A stretch of 64,000 bases of DNA. It comes from an uncultured Actinomycetota bacterium (GTDB lineage: Bacteria; Actinomycetota; Actinomycetes; Propionibacteriales; Nocardioidaceae). Location: the NCBI GenBank assembly GCA_963707755.1, contig CAVPRC010000008.1, positions 191,903 through 255,902 on the forward strand, read 5' to 3'. This document shows positions 18,589-28,238 of this stretch, one piece after another; the stretch's first letter is position 1; each line of letters begins with the position of its first letter. Made by a program: the position numbers and the translations under genes. The notes under the pieces are model-generated. The model searched no databases and was not told the origin of the DNA. It saw nothing but the letters and a program-made list of their open reading frames with translations.

Positions 18589-19620
18589 ATGCGCGCCGTG
18601 CAGTACGCCGAACCGCTCGCGACCCCGCGTCTGGTCGACATCCCGGACCCCGAGTGCCCGGACGACGGCGTCGTGGTGCGGGTCGGCGCCACCGGGGTCT
18701 GCCGCTCCGACTGGCACGCCTGGGCCGGGCACGACCCCGTGCCGCGCCCGCACGTGCCGGGTCACGAGCTCGCCGGCACGGTGCACGCCGTCGGCCCGTC
18801 CGTACGACGCTGGTCGGTCGGCGACCGGGTGACGGTGCCGTTCGTCTGCGGCTGCGGACGGTGCGCCTACTGCCGGGCCGGTGACACGCACGTCTGCCCC
18901 GACCAGACCCAGCCGGGCTTCACCGGCTCCGGGTCGTTCGCGGAGCTCGTCGCGCTGCGGGCCGCGGACACGAACCTGGTGCGCCTGCCGGACGACCTCG
19001 ACGTGGTCACCGCGGCGTCGCTCGGCTGCCGGCTGGCCACCGCCTACCGGGCCGTCGTCACGCACGGCCGCATCACGCCCGGGGACTGGCTGGCCGTGCA
19101 CGGCTGCGGAGGGGTCGGGCTGTCCGCGGTGCTGGTCGGTGCGGCGCTCGGCGCGCGGGTCGTGGCGGTGGACGTGTCCGAGGCGGCGCTCGCCCGCGCG
19201 GTCGAGCTGGGCGCCGCCGCGACGGTGCGCGGCGACGATCCGGCGGCCGCGGTGCGCGACGCGACCGGTGGGGGCGGCGCGCACGTCTCCCTGGACGCCG
19301 TCGGCTCCCCCACCACCGCCGTCGCCTCGGTGCACTCGCTGCGCCGCCGCGGCCGGCACGTGCAGGTCGGGCTGCTGCTCGGCGACCAGGCGACCCCTCC
19401 GCTGCCCATGGACCTCGTCGTCGCCCACGAGCTCGAGGTGCACGGCTCGCACGGGATGCCGGCGCACCAGTACGCCGACCTGCTCGACCTCGTCACCTCC
19501 GGCCGGCTCGACCCACGGCTGCTCGTCGGCCGGGTGATCGGCCTCGACGAGGCCGCCGCCGCCCTCATGGCGATGAGCGAACCGGCGCAGACGGCCGGCA
19601 TGACCGTCGTACGCCTCTGA
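18589..19620 (+). CDS. zinc-dependent alcohol dehydrogenase family oxidoreductase
   Basis: GVCRSDWHAWAG, GHELAGTV, CGRCAYCRAGDTHVC (structural Zn Cys cluster), HGCGGVGLSAV. Confidence 0.85.
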   Translation: MRAVQYAEPLATPRLVDIPDPECPDDGVVVRVGATGVCRSDWHAWAGHDPVPRPHVPGHELAGTVHAVGPSVRRWSVGDRVTVPFVCGCGRCAYCRAGDTHVCPDQTQPGFTGSGSFAELVALRAADTNLVRLPDDLDVVTAASLGCRLATAYRAVVTHGRITPGDWLAVHGCGGVGLSAVLVGAALGARVVAVDVSEAALARAVELGAAATVRGDDPAAAVRDATGGGGAHVSLDAVGSPTTAVASVHSLRRRGRHVQVGLLLGDQATPPLPMDLVVAHELEVHGSHGMPAHQYADLLDLVTSGRLDPRLLVGRVIGLDEAAAALMAMSEPAQTAGMTVVRL

Positions 19621-19658
19621 GCGAATCCGCTGCCAGGACCGGCCTCGGTTGGCATCAT

Positions 19659-20464
19659 GTGCCGGTGAGTTCGGGGGAGCTGTGGGATCGGCTGACGTTC
19701 GGGCGGGCGCGGAGGCGTCGACGCCTGATGCGCCTGGTCATGTGGGACGACGCCCCGCGGCCGGTGCGTGACCGTTCGGGGGCCAAGGGACTGTTCGGCG
19801 TGCTCGGCGCCACGCTCGTGCTGCTGGCCGTCGTCGGGTCGCCGGCACCTCAGGCACCTCCGCGTCGCCGCCTGGCGGGTCGTTCGCGTTCCTGGACCAC
19901 CAGCCCGGCACCCCGTCGGTCCCCGTCACGTGGAGCTCCTGCAAGCCCATCCACGTCGTGGTCAACGACGCGCTGGCGCCGCCCGGCGGCTGGGACGTCC
20001 TGATGGCCGCGCTCGACCAGGTGCACGAGGCGTCCGGACTGGAGTTCGCCGTCGACGGGCGGACGTCCGCGCTGCCCGAGGGCAGCGTGCGCTCACCCAA
20101 CGGCATCGACTGGGACCCCGTGCTGGTCGCGTGGACGACGCCGGAGCAGGCCCCGCGGCTCGAGGGCAACGTGGACGGGTTCGGCGGCAGCTCGGCGATG
20201 ACGGACCGGGTGTCCGGCAAGAAGTACTACGTCACCGGTCGCATCGCCCTGGACGCACCCCAGCTCACCAGGGAGCTGAACAGCCTCCACGGCGCGGATG
20301 GCGTGCGGGGCGTGATCGTCCACGAGCTCGGCCACGTCCTCGGCCTCGCCCACGTGAACGACGGCAACGAGACCATGAACAAGAGCGCGCGTCGCGACGG
20401 CCGGCTCGGCCCCGGTGACCGGATCGGCTTCGGGCAGGTCGGCGCCGGCCCCTGCTACGGGTAG
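19659..20464 (+). pseudogene. membrane-anchored matrixin/metzincin-like metalloprotease, frame broken near 19850
   Basis: N-terminus (LWDRLTFGRARRRRR + TM) is in frame 3. The remainder (SFAFLDHQPG...SSCKPIHVVVNDAL...VHELGHVLGLAHV) is in frame 2. It aligns along its length with the intact paralogue at 21148-22029. Confidence 0.7.
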
Positions 20465-20474
20465 GGCGCGCCGC

Positions 20475-21077
20475 TCACGCCCCGCCGCGCTCCCCCACCG
20501 GGATCTCCACCGGCACCGTGCTGCCGGGCTGTGCCAGCGGGCACGCCCAGGCCGGGTCGTAGGCACAGGACGGGTTGTAGGCGAAGTTGAAGTCGAGCAC
20601 CAGCGACCCGTTGCCGGTGCCGAGGTCGGCGCCCTTCACCGTGTCGAGCAGGTAGCGCCCACCGCCGTACGTCCCGCCGGGCCTGCCGGCCGACGCGTCC
20701 TTGACCGGCAGGAAGATGCCGCCGGCGTACGTCGCGAGCCGCCACACGTCGAGCGTGCCGGCGCCGGGGACCTCGACGACCCCGAGCCGGTCGAACGGCA
20801 CGACGCCGTCAGTGCCGCTGGTGATCTCGATCTGCCGCGACTCCGCCCGCTCGACCTTCAGCTCGAACCGCCAGGCCGGGTCGTAGTCCGGCACGGGCAG
20901 CCCGGTGAACGACGCGTGCTGCTCGGGCAGCAACGGCGAGGCCGGGTGGGTCGCGAACAGCTCGTCGCGGACGGCGCGCCACCGGGCGTGTGCGGCGGCC
21001 GGGTCGGAGTCGGCCCGGATCTCGGCGTAGAGCGCGAACACGCGTCGCCGCCAGTCCACGATGTCGTAGGCGTCCAT
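20475..21077 (-). CDS. DUF1684-like protein
   Basis: 200 aa. WRRRVFALYAEIR ... GGRYLLD ... LDFNFAYNPSCAYDPAWACPL is the characteristic C-terminal pattern. Confidence 0.75.
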   Translation of the reverse strand: MDAYDIVDWRRRVFALYAEIRADSDPAAAHARWRAVRDELFATHPASPLLPEQHASFTGLPVPDYDPAWRFELKVERAESRQIEITSGTDGVVPFDRLGVVEVPGAGTLDVWRLATYAGGIFLPVKDASAGRPGGTYGGGRYLLDTVKGADLGTGNGSLVLDFNFAYNPSCAYDPAWACPLAQPGSTVPVEIPVGERGGA

Positions 21078-21147
21078 CCCGCGAATCTACCCAGGGACTG
21101 GCTGCGTTCGTCAGCGCGACCTCATGCAGCCCTGCGAGGATGTCGCG

Positions 21148-22029
21148 GTGCCACGGGGGAAACGGTGGGACAGCCTGACCCTGGGTCCGGCTCGTCGCCG
21201 ACGACACATGCATCGCCAGCTTGCCGCACTCGATCGCTGGTACGCCGAGCAGGCGGCTCAGACGTCCCGTGGCGGCGACGGCCGGCGCCGGTTCCTGGTG
21301 GCCACCGTCACGGTCGTCATCGCGCTTCTCGCAACCGGACACCTGCTGCACAAGCAGGGATTCACGTTGGGCATCGACGGAGTTCACGAACGTCGCGGTG
21401 AGGGACCGTCCACGACGCTGCCGGGTTCCGACGCGTATCGCTTCGTGGCCCACCAGCCCGGTCGCCCAGACGACCCGGTCACCTACGACCCGTGCTCGAC
21501 GATCCACCTGGTCGTGAACGACACCCTGGCCCCTGCGGGGAGCGATCGCATCCTCGCCGAGGCCGGCGCCGCCGTTGGCTCAGCCACGGGACTGCGCCTG
21601 GTTGTGGACGGGCGCACGGACGAGGCACCCACGCGCGATCGTCCCTTGAGGGACCCGGTGCGCTACGGACGCGGCTGGTCGCCGGTGCTGGTTGCCTGGA
21701 CGACCCCCGCGCAGGTGCCCGGGCTGAAGGGGAGACCTGCGGGACTCGGCGGCAGCGCTCGCGTGGTCGACGAGATGTCGGGCCGGTCGACGTACGTCAC
21801 CGGCACAGTGGCGCTCGACACCCCGGTGCTCACCACGATCCTGAGTCGTCCCGACGGGGCGGCAGAGGTGCGCGCGATCGTGATGCACGAGCTCGGGCAC
21901 GTGGTCGGGCTTGCCCACGTGAATGACCCACGCGAGCTGATGAACGCGGACAACGTGGGCCAGAAGGCGTTCGGCCCTGGCGACCTCACCGGCCTCGCTG
22001 CCCTCGGGCGTGGTCGCTGCGCCGGCTAG
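21148..22029 (+). CDS. membrane-anchored matrixin/metzincin-like metalloprotease
   Basis: MHELGHVVGLAHV (HExxHxxGxxH). N-terminal RWDSLTLGPARRRR + TM. GTG 21148 chosen by alignment with the paralogue; the ORF opens at 21124. Confidence 0.7.
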   Translation: MPRGKRWDSLTLGPARRRRHMHRQLAALDRWYAEQAAQTSRGGDGRRRFLVATVTVVIALLATGHLLHKQGFTLGIDGVHERRGEGPSTTLPGSDAYRFVAHQPGRPDDPVTYDPCSTIHLVVNDTLAPAGSDRILAEAGAAVGSATGLRLVVDGRTDEAPTRDRPLRDPVRYGRGWSPVLVAWTTPAQVPGLKGRPAGLGGSARVVDEMSGRSTYVTGTVALDTPVLTTILSRPDGAAEVRAIVMHELGHVVGLAHVNDPRELMNADNVGQKAFGPGDLTGLAALGRGRCAG

Positions 22030-22038
22030 CCACATCCC

Positions 22039-25000
22039 CTAGTCGTCGAACAGCGCGCGCACGTCGTCGGCGCCCAGCGGCGCGGACATCAGCGCGTCGT
22101 CGTCGACGACCTGCGAGAACAGCGCGGCCTTGCGGGCCTTGAGCGCCATCACCTTCTCCTCGACGGTGTTCGTGGAGACCAGGCGGTAGACGTTCACAGG
22201 TCGGGTCTGGCCGATCCGGTGGGTGCGGTCGACGGCCTGCGCCTCGACGGCGGGGTTCCACCAGGGGTCGAGCACGAACACGTAGTCGGCCTCGGTCAGG
22301 GTCAGCCCGACGCCGCCGGCCTTGAGGCTGATCAGGAACACCGGGTCCTCGCCGTTGCGGAAGCCGTCGACGACGGCCTGGCGGTGCCGGGTGGCGCCGT
22401 CGAGGTACGACGAGGTGATGCCCTCACGCTCGAGTCGCGCACGGACCCGGGTGAGGAACGACGTGAACTGGCTGAACACCAGGGCGCGGTGCCCCTCCTC
22501 GGCGAGCTCGAGCAGGTGGTCGACCAGGACGTCGACCTTGGCCGACCCGACGCCGTCGTACGCCTCGTCGACGAGTCCCGCATCGAGGCTGAGCTGTCGC
22601 AGCCGGGTGAGGGACCGGAAGATCGCGATGCGGTGCTTGTCGAACTCGTCGACGAGGCCGAGCACGGTCTGCCGCTCACGTTGGAGGTGCGTGTCGTAGA
22701 TCGTGCGGTGCTTGGGCGTCAGCGACACCTCGAGGACCTGCTCCTGCTTCGCCGGCAGGTCCGCCGCGACGTGCTCCTTGGTGCGGCGCAGCAGGAACGG
22801 CCGGATGCGCTTGCGGAATCGGGCGAGCACCTCACGGTCGCCGAGCCGCTCGACCGGGATCGCGACGATCTCCTGGAACCGCTGCGGCCACGGATAGAGC
22901 CCCGGCGCCACGATCGACAGCAGCGACCACAGCTCCATCAGCCGGTTCTCCATCGGCGTGCCGGTCAGCGCGAGCCGGAACGGCACCTCGAGCCGACGCA
23001 CCGCCTGGTGGGTCTTGCCCTGGTGGTTCTTCACGGTCTGCGCCTCGTCGAGGACGAGCCCGCCCCAGTCGAGACCGACGTAGTCGGACGCCTCGAGCCG
23101 GAACAGGGTGTACGACGTGACCACCACGTCAGCCCCGTCCGCGAGGGCGCGGACCGACTCGCCGCGCCGCGCCTGCGACTCGCTGACCACGCGGACGTCG
23201 AGGCCGGGCGTGAAGGCGGCGGCCTCGTGCGCCCACATGCCGACCACGCTGGTCGGCGCGACCACGAGGAACGGCGCGGCCCCGCGGTCGCGGGCGTGCG
23301 CGATCAGGGCGAGGGTCTGCAGGGTCTTGCCGAGCCCCATGTCGTCGGCGAGGATCCCGCCGAGCCCGGTCTCCCAGAGGTAGGCCAGCCACCGGAACCC
23401 CGCGAGCTGGTAGGCCCGCAGCTCCGCCTTGAGCCCCACCGGGTCGATCTCGGGGAGCGTGTCGAGGGACCGGAGCGCCTGCGCGGACCGGACCCAACGA
23501 GCCGCCTGGGCGTCGACGATGCCGACCTCGGCCAGCTCGTCCCACAGGCCGAGGTCGTGGTGCGCCAGCCGGACGCCCTCGTCGGGCTGCTCGTGCAGCT
23601 CGCCGGCCGCCTCCACCAGCTGCGCGAGCCGGGACAGCTCGGGGCGGTCGATGCGCAGGTGCTTGCCGTTGCGGAGGATCACCCGGTCCATGCCCTTGGT
23701 GAGCGCCTCCAGCACGTGCGCGAGCGCGATGTGGGTGCCGTCGACGACGATCTCCACCTCGAGGTCGAGCCAGTCGGTGCGGGCCTCGTCCTGGTCGGGG
23801 CGGGTGCTGACGTGGATGACCGGCACTCCCGACAGCTCGCGGTAGTCGGGCTGCTCACCGATCTCGTCGATCTCCACCTGTCCGCGCAGGCCGGGCAGGA
23901 GCTGCTCGGCGAACAGGATCGCGTGCGCGTCGCGGAAGGTCTGCTCGTCCTCGAGCCCCATCCCTCGCTGGTGACCGCGGCACAGGTGGTAGGCCTGCTC
24001 CTCGTCGAGCTCCAGCGCGTCGAGCTGGGCCTGCTCCAGCTCCGGACGGCGTACGGCGCGCAGCCCGCGCGTCTCGGACAGGGCGTAGACCCGGTCGTCC
24101 GCGCCGACGCGGTAGCGCCAGCTCCACGCGGCGTGCACCTCGTCGGCCGCCACCCAGGTGACGGTGAGCGCGAGCCGCGGCTCGGCCGGCTCGGGCACCG
24201 CGACCGACCCGTCGGACGACAGCACCGGGACGTGCCGCTGGAGCCGGGGGAGGTACTCCCCCACGAGCTCCTCGCGGTCCTCCTCCGGCACGAGCACCGA
24301 GTCACCGCGCTTGAGGAGGCGGCGCACCTCCGGCCCGGGCCGGGCGGTCAGCGCCGCGAGGGTCACCGACCAGGACTCGGCGTCGGCCACCCACAGCGCC
24401 ACGGCGTGCCCACCCTCGCCCAGCACGTCGAGCTCGGCCGCGTCGTACCAGTCGCCGTCGAGCGCCACCCCCAGGCGCAGCTGGGCGTCGTGGCCCGGGG
24501 CCGCGTTGACGTCGAGCCGGATCGTCACCGGCTCGGGAGCGACGGTGACCCGGGACAGGCCGGTGCCGGCGAGCAGCGGGATGCCGGCGGCCACCGCCCG
24601 GTGCAGCAGCGGGATCTCATCGGGACCGAACGAGCCCATCGAGACGTGCCCGTCGGCACCGAAGTAGAGCTGCCGCATCGCGGTGCGGTGACCCGAGAGC
24701 AGGTCGTTGAGGGCGGCGACCTGGGCCGGCGGGTGCGGGCCGCGGCGGTCGAGGTAGGGGACGTCGGTCCAGGAGATGCCGGTGCGGACCCAGTTGTCGC
24801 GAGCGCCGCGTCGCATCGGCCGCATCCGCAGCGTGCCGCGCGCCGGCGTCAGGCTCTGCGGACCGCCGCGGAACCCGGTCGCGCGGGCCGGTGGCTTGAG
24901 GTCGACCTGGAGGGCGAGCGGCTGCTCGACGCGCTGCAGCCGCTCGGTCTCCCGCCCGTCGAGCTCGTCGAGCAGCGAGGACAGCTGCCGCTCCCAACGC

Positions 25001-25332
25001 CGGGCACCCGGCGGCGAGTCCCGCTGCTGCTCGTCGCGCACCGTGATCAGCAGGGCGAGGCTGTGCTTGCAGCCGTCGCCGACCGGGCAGCTGCACCGGC
25101 CGAAGACCCAGACGCCCTCCCCGTCGACGCCGACACTCAGCGTGACGACGTACGGCGCGCTGGTGGACCCCGACACGGTGCCGCGGATGTCGAGGTCGCC
25201 GTCGCCGTCCAGCTCGTGCGTGCACGTGAGCACGTGCCCGCGGCGGACGTAGTCCCACGCCCGGTCCAGGGTGGGCGTGCCGTAGCGGCGGCGCAGGTCC
25301 TCGTCGCTCAGCAGCGAGGACAGGTCGACCAT
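22039..25332 (-). CDS. SNF2-family helicase with N-terminal SWIM zinc finger
   Basis: CSCPVGDGCKH (SWIM). ILADDMGLGKTLQ, DEAQTVKN, LTGTPMENRL, QAVDRTHRIGQTRPV are SNF2 motifs I-VI. Alternative start at 25362. Confidence 0.85.
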   Translation of the reverse strand: MVDLSSLLSDEDLRRRYGTPTLDRAWDYVRRGHVLTCTHELDGDGDLDIRGTVSGSTSAPYVVTLSVGVDGEGVWVFGRCSCPVGDGCKHSLALLITVRDEQQRDSPPGARRWERQLSSLLDELDGRETERLQRVEQPLALQVDLKPPARATGFRGGPQSLTPARGTLRMRPMRRGARDNWVRTGISWTDVPYLDRRGPHPPAQVAALNDLLSGHRTAMRQLYFGADGHVSMGSFGPDEIPLLHRAVAAGIPLLAGTGLSRVTVAPEPVTIRLDVNAAPGHDAQLRLGVALDGDWYDAAELDVLGEGGHAVALWVADAESWSVTLAALTARPGPEVRRLLKRGDSVLVPEEDREELVGEYLPRLQRHVPVLSSDGSVAVPEPAEPRLALTVTWVAADEVHAAWSWRYRVGADDRVYALSETRGLRAVRRPELEQAQLDALELDEEQAYHLCRGHQRGMGLEDEQTFRDAHAILFAEQLLPGLRGQVEIDEIGEQPDYRELSGVPVIHVSTRPDQDEARTDWLDLEVEIVVDGTHIALAHVLEALTKGMDRVILRNGKHLRIDRPELSRLAQLVEAAGELHEQPDEGVRLAHHDLGLWDELAEVGIVDAQAARWVRSAQALRSLDTLPEIDPVGLKAELRAYQLAGFRWLAYLWETGLGGILADDMGLGKTLQTLALIAHARDRGAAPFLVVAPTSVVGMWAHEAAAFTPGLDVRVVSESQARRGESVRALADGADVVVTSYTLFRLEASDYVGLDWGGLVLDEAQTVKNHQGKTHQAVRRLEVPFRLALTGTPMENRLMELWSLLSIVAPGLYPWPQRFQEIVAIPVERLGDREVLARFRKRIRPFLLRRTKEHVAADLPAKQEQVLEVSLTPKHRTIYDTHLQRERQTVLGLVDEFDKHRIAIFRSLTRLRQLSLDAGLVDEAYDGVGSAKVDVLVDHLLELAEEGHRALVFSQFTSFLTRVRARLEREGITSSYLDGATRHRQAVVDGFRNGEDPVFLISLKAGGVGLTLTEADYVFVLDPWWNPAVEAQAVDRTHRIGQTRPVNVYRLVSTNTVEEKVMALKARKAALFSQVVDDDALMSAPLGADDVRALFDD

Positions 25333-25396
25333 GCGGACGAGCCTACGAGGCGGCTCCGACATCCGCGCCCGCAACCGGCCGGGGCACGATGTTCCT

Positions 25397-25747
25397 GTGG
25401 AGAAGCCGTCGTTCGTCCTGCACGAGCACCACAAGCCGCGTCACCACTTCGACCTGCGGCTCGAGGAGCGCGGGGTGCTGCGCTCGTGGGCGCTGCCCAA
25501 GGGGCTGCCGACCACCCCGAGGCAGGACCGGCTGGCGGTCGCGGTGGAGGACCACGAGCTCGAGCACCTGCGCTACGAGGACGACGACAAGTCCATCGCC
25601 GACATCGGCTGGTGGGAGGACGAGGACCGCACCGAGCGCCGGCTGCTGTTCGTCCTGCACGGCAGGGACGCCTCCGTGCGCTACGCCCTCATCGACACCG
25701 GCCGGGACTGGCTGCTGCACCGCACCAAGGACCAGCCACGTGGTTGA
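25397..25747 (+). CDS. stand-alone LigD-type 3'-phosphoesterase (PE) domain protein
   Basis: FVLHEHHKPRHHFDLRLEERGVLRSWALPKGLP matches the LigD PE-domain core. GTG start at 25397. Confidence 0.7.
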   Translation: MEKPSFVLHEHHKPRHHFDLRLEERGVLRSWALPKGLPTTPRQDRLAVAVEDHELEHLRYEDDDKSIADIGWWEDEDRTERRLLFVLHGRDASVRYALIDTGRDWLLHRTKDQPRG

Positions 25748-25802
25748 GCCGACGACCTTGTGGGCACGATCACGCGGATCCCGTTCGACGAGAGGACGCT
25801 GC

Positions 25803-27209
25803 ATGGTGGCACCGATGGACCCGACGTCGGCCGGGTTCCTGTTCGCCGAGAACCGCAGCCAGCCCATGCACGTCGGGGGCCTCCAGCTGTTCCGCAAGCC
25901 GGAGGGAGCGCCGCGATCCTTCGTGCGGGACATGTACGCCGACATGCTGGCGCACGACGACCCGGCTCCCCTGTTCCTCAAGCGCCCGCACCGCTCGGTC
26001 GCCACGGGCGGACAGTGGTTCTGGACCGAGGACGACCAGTTCGACATCGAGTACCACGTCCGGCACAGCGCGCTCCCGAAGCCCGGCCGGATCCGTGAGC
26101 TGCTCGAGCTGTGCGGCCGGCTGCACAGCACCCGGCTCGCGCTCGAGCGGCCGCTGTGGGAGATGCACGTCATCGAAGGCCTCCGCGACGGGCGCGTCGC
26201 GATCTACAGCAAGATGCACCACGCACTGATCGACGGCGTCTCCTCGATGCGGCTCATGCAGAGCGTGCTGTCGACCGACCCCGACGAGCGCGGCATGGCG
26301 CCGACCTGGTCGGCCGAGCACGTCGGGCCCCGTCCGGTACGGCGCGCCGAGGACACCGACAACGACGCGTTCGGCCTCCCGCTCGGAGCCCTGCGCACGG
26401 CCCTCGCCATCAGCGCGGAAGCGGCCGGACTCCCCGGGGCCCTGGTGCGGACGCTGTCCCGCGGCGTACGCAACGAGACCTCGGCAGTGTCGCTCTACGC
26501 GCCGCGCACGATCATCAACAAGCGGATCACCGGGGCGCGGCGGTTCGCCGCCCAGGACTGGCCGCTCGAGCGGCTGCAGGCGATCGGCAAGGCGACCGGG
26601 ACCACCCTCAACGACGTGGTGCTCGCGATGTGCAGCGGCGCGATGCGGACCTACCTCGACGAGCTCGGGGCCCTGCCGGACACGTCCCTGGTCGCGATGG
26701 TCCCGGTCGGGCTCAAGGCCAAGAACGCACAGAGCGCCTCCGCATCCGGCGGCAACGCGGTCGGCGCGGTGATGGCGGGCCTCGGCACCGAGCTGCCCGA
26801 CCCGGCCGACCGGCTGCAGGCCGTGCACCGCTCGATGGTGACCGGCAAGGAGGCGCTGGGGTCGATGACGCCGGCGCAGATCCTGGCGATGAGCGCCCTG
26901 GGCCTGGCCCCGGCGATCCTCGCGCCGATGCTCAAGCTCGAGGGCCTGACCCGGCCGCCGTTCAACCTGATCATCTCGAACGTCCCCGGCCCGAAGACGC
27001 CGTTGCACTACAACGGCGCGGTGCTGGAGGGGATGTACCCGCTGTCCATCCCGATCCACGGCATGGGTCTGAACATCACCTGCACGTCGTACGCCGGCAA
27101 CATCGGCTTCGGGCTGACCGGGTGCCGCCGCACCGTCCCACGGCTGCAGCGGCTGCTGACCCACCTCGACGACGAGCTGACCGCTCTGGAGAAGGCCGCC
27201 GGGATCTAG
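25803..27209 (+). CDS. wax ester synthase/diacylglycerol acyltransferase (WS/DGAT)
   Basis: HHALIDGVS active-site motif (HHxxxDG), PMHVGGLQLF N-terminus, NVPGP near the C-terminus. Confidence 0.85.
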   Translation: MVAPMDPTSAGFLFAENRSQPMHVGGLQLFRKPEGAPRSFVRDMYADMLAHDDPAPLFLKRPHRSVATGGQWFWTEDDQFDIEYHVRHSALPKPGRIRELLELCGRLHSTRLALERPLWEMHVIEGLRDGRVAIYSKMHHALIDGVSSMRLMQSVLSTDPDERGMAPTWSAEHVGPRPVRRAEDTDNDAFGLPLGALRTALAISAEAAGLPGALVRTLSRGVRNETSAVSLYAPRTIINKRITGARRFAAQDWPLERLQAIGKATGTTLNDVVLAMCSGAMRTYLDELGALPDTSLVAMVPVGLKAKNAQSASASGGNAVGAVMAGLGTELPDPADRLQAVHRSMVTGKEALGSMTPAQILAMSALGLAPAILAPMLKLEGLTRPPFNLIISNVPGPKTPLHYNGAVLEGMYPLSIPIHGMGLNITCTSYAGNIGFGLTGCRRTVPRLQRLLTHLDDELTALEKAAGI

Positions 27210-27221
27210 GTCGCGTCCTGG

Positions 27222-28193
27222 CTAGCGGAACGCCCGGTAGTCCGAGAACGGCCGGGCCTCGCGCCCGGTGGTGGCCTGCTCGACCATCTCCCGCTCGGCC
27301 CAGTCGCGCCACGCCTGCACCGTCGCCGGCGCCGGCATCGTCATCAGCAGGCCCTGGTCGGCCATCGCCTCGGCGGCGAGGATCGCCTGGCGGATGGCCT
27401 CCACGCGTGGCGGCAGCAGGGTGGGGTCGGTCGCGATCGCGATGTCGACGACGTCCTCGCCGTCGTGCACGGCCTGCTTGGCGACCAGCCGGGCGGCGTC
27501 CCAGGACATCGCGGAGGCGCGGACGACTCCGACGATCTGCTCGGCGATCCGGCCGGCCTCGCGGTCGGAGTGGCTCGCGGCGTACAGGCTCAGCTCGCGG
27601 GCGATGTCGGCCAGGTTGTCGTCGTGGGCCAGCAGGATGTCCGGCGGGCAGTCCAGCAGGCGGATCACCCGGGCGGCGGCGCGGTCGACGCGAGCCGCCG
27701 GTGTGGTGGTCGGCGACAACACCGGCTGCCGCCCGGCGTGGCTTCCGTTCGACATCGCGAAGTCCGCCCAGACCCGGGTGCCGCCGGGCAGGTCGTCGAT
27801 GCCCCAGCGACTGGCCAGCGAGGAGACGATGAACAGGCCACGCCCGGTCATCGTCTCGAAGTCGAGGTCCAGGTCGTCGGTGTCCGAACCGTCCAGGTCG
27901 GCGCGCAGCGCGATCGACTGGGCCGGCATCGTGCCGGTGTCCACGACCGCGACGCGGACTGCGTCCGCGGAGGCCCGCAGCTCCACGTCGAAGAAGGTGC
28001 CCTGGCTGTGCAGCGTGGCGTTGGTGGCCAGCTCGGTGGCGCTGAGCTGGACGTCGTCGATCAGCTCGGGGCGGCCCCAGGTGGTGAGCGCGTCGTCGAC
28101 GAAGCGACGGACCGCCGGGACGCTCGCGGGCTGCGCGACCATGCGCACCCTCGTCTCGGCGACGTGACCACCTGTCCGGCTCACAGGGGTCAT
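27222..28193 (-). CDS. HATPase_c (anti-sigma/RsbW-like) domain protein with ~190-aa uncharacterised C-terminal domain
   Basis: ATG 28193 preceded by GAGGGG. VRRFVDDALTTWG...ATELATNATLHS...GRGLFIVSSLASRWG is the RsbW-type ATP-binding fold. Confidence 0.6.
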   Translation of the reverse strand: MTPVSRTGGHVAETRVRMVAQPASVPAVRRFVDDALTTWGRPELIDDVQLSATELATNATLHSQGTFFDVELRASADAVRVAVVDTGTMPAQSIALRADLDGSDTDDLDLDFETMTGRGLFIVSSLASRWGIDDLPGGTRVWADFAMSNGSHAGRQPVLSPTTTPAARVDRAAARVIRLLDCPPDILLAHDDNLADIARELSLYAASHSDREAGRIAEQIVGVVRASAMSWDAARLVAKQAVHDGEDVVDIAIATDPTLLPPRVEAIRQAILAAEAMADQGLLMTMPAPATVQAWRDWAEREMVEQATTGREARPFSDYRAFR

Positions 28194-28238
28194 TATCTGC
28201 CCCTCTGTCACGTTTCGTCGTGCGGATCGCCGCGATTC

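Noticed and set aside
22219-26229. 1336-aa + strand ORF
   Set aside because: It is antisense to the SNF2 helicase and out of frame with the LigD-PE and WS/DGAT genes. No motifs were found.
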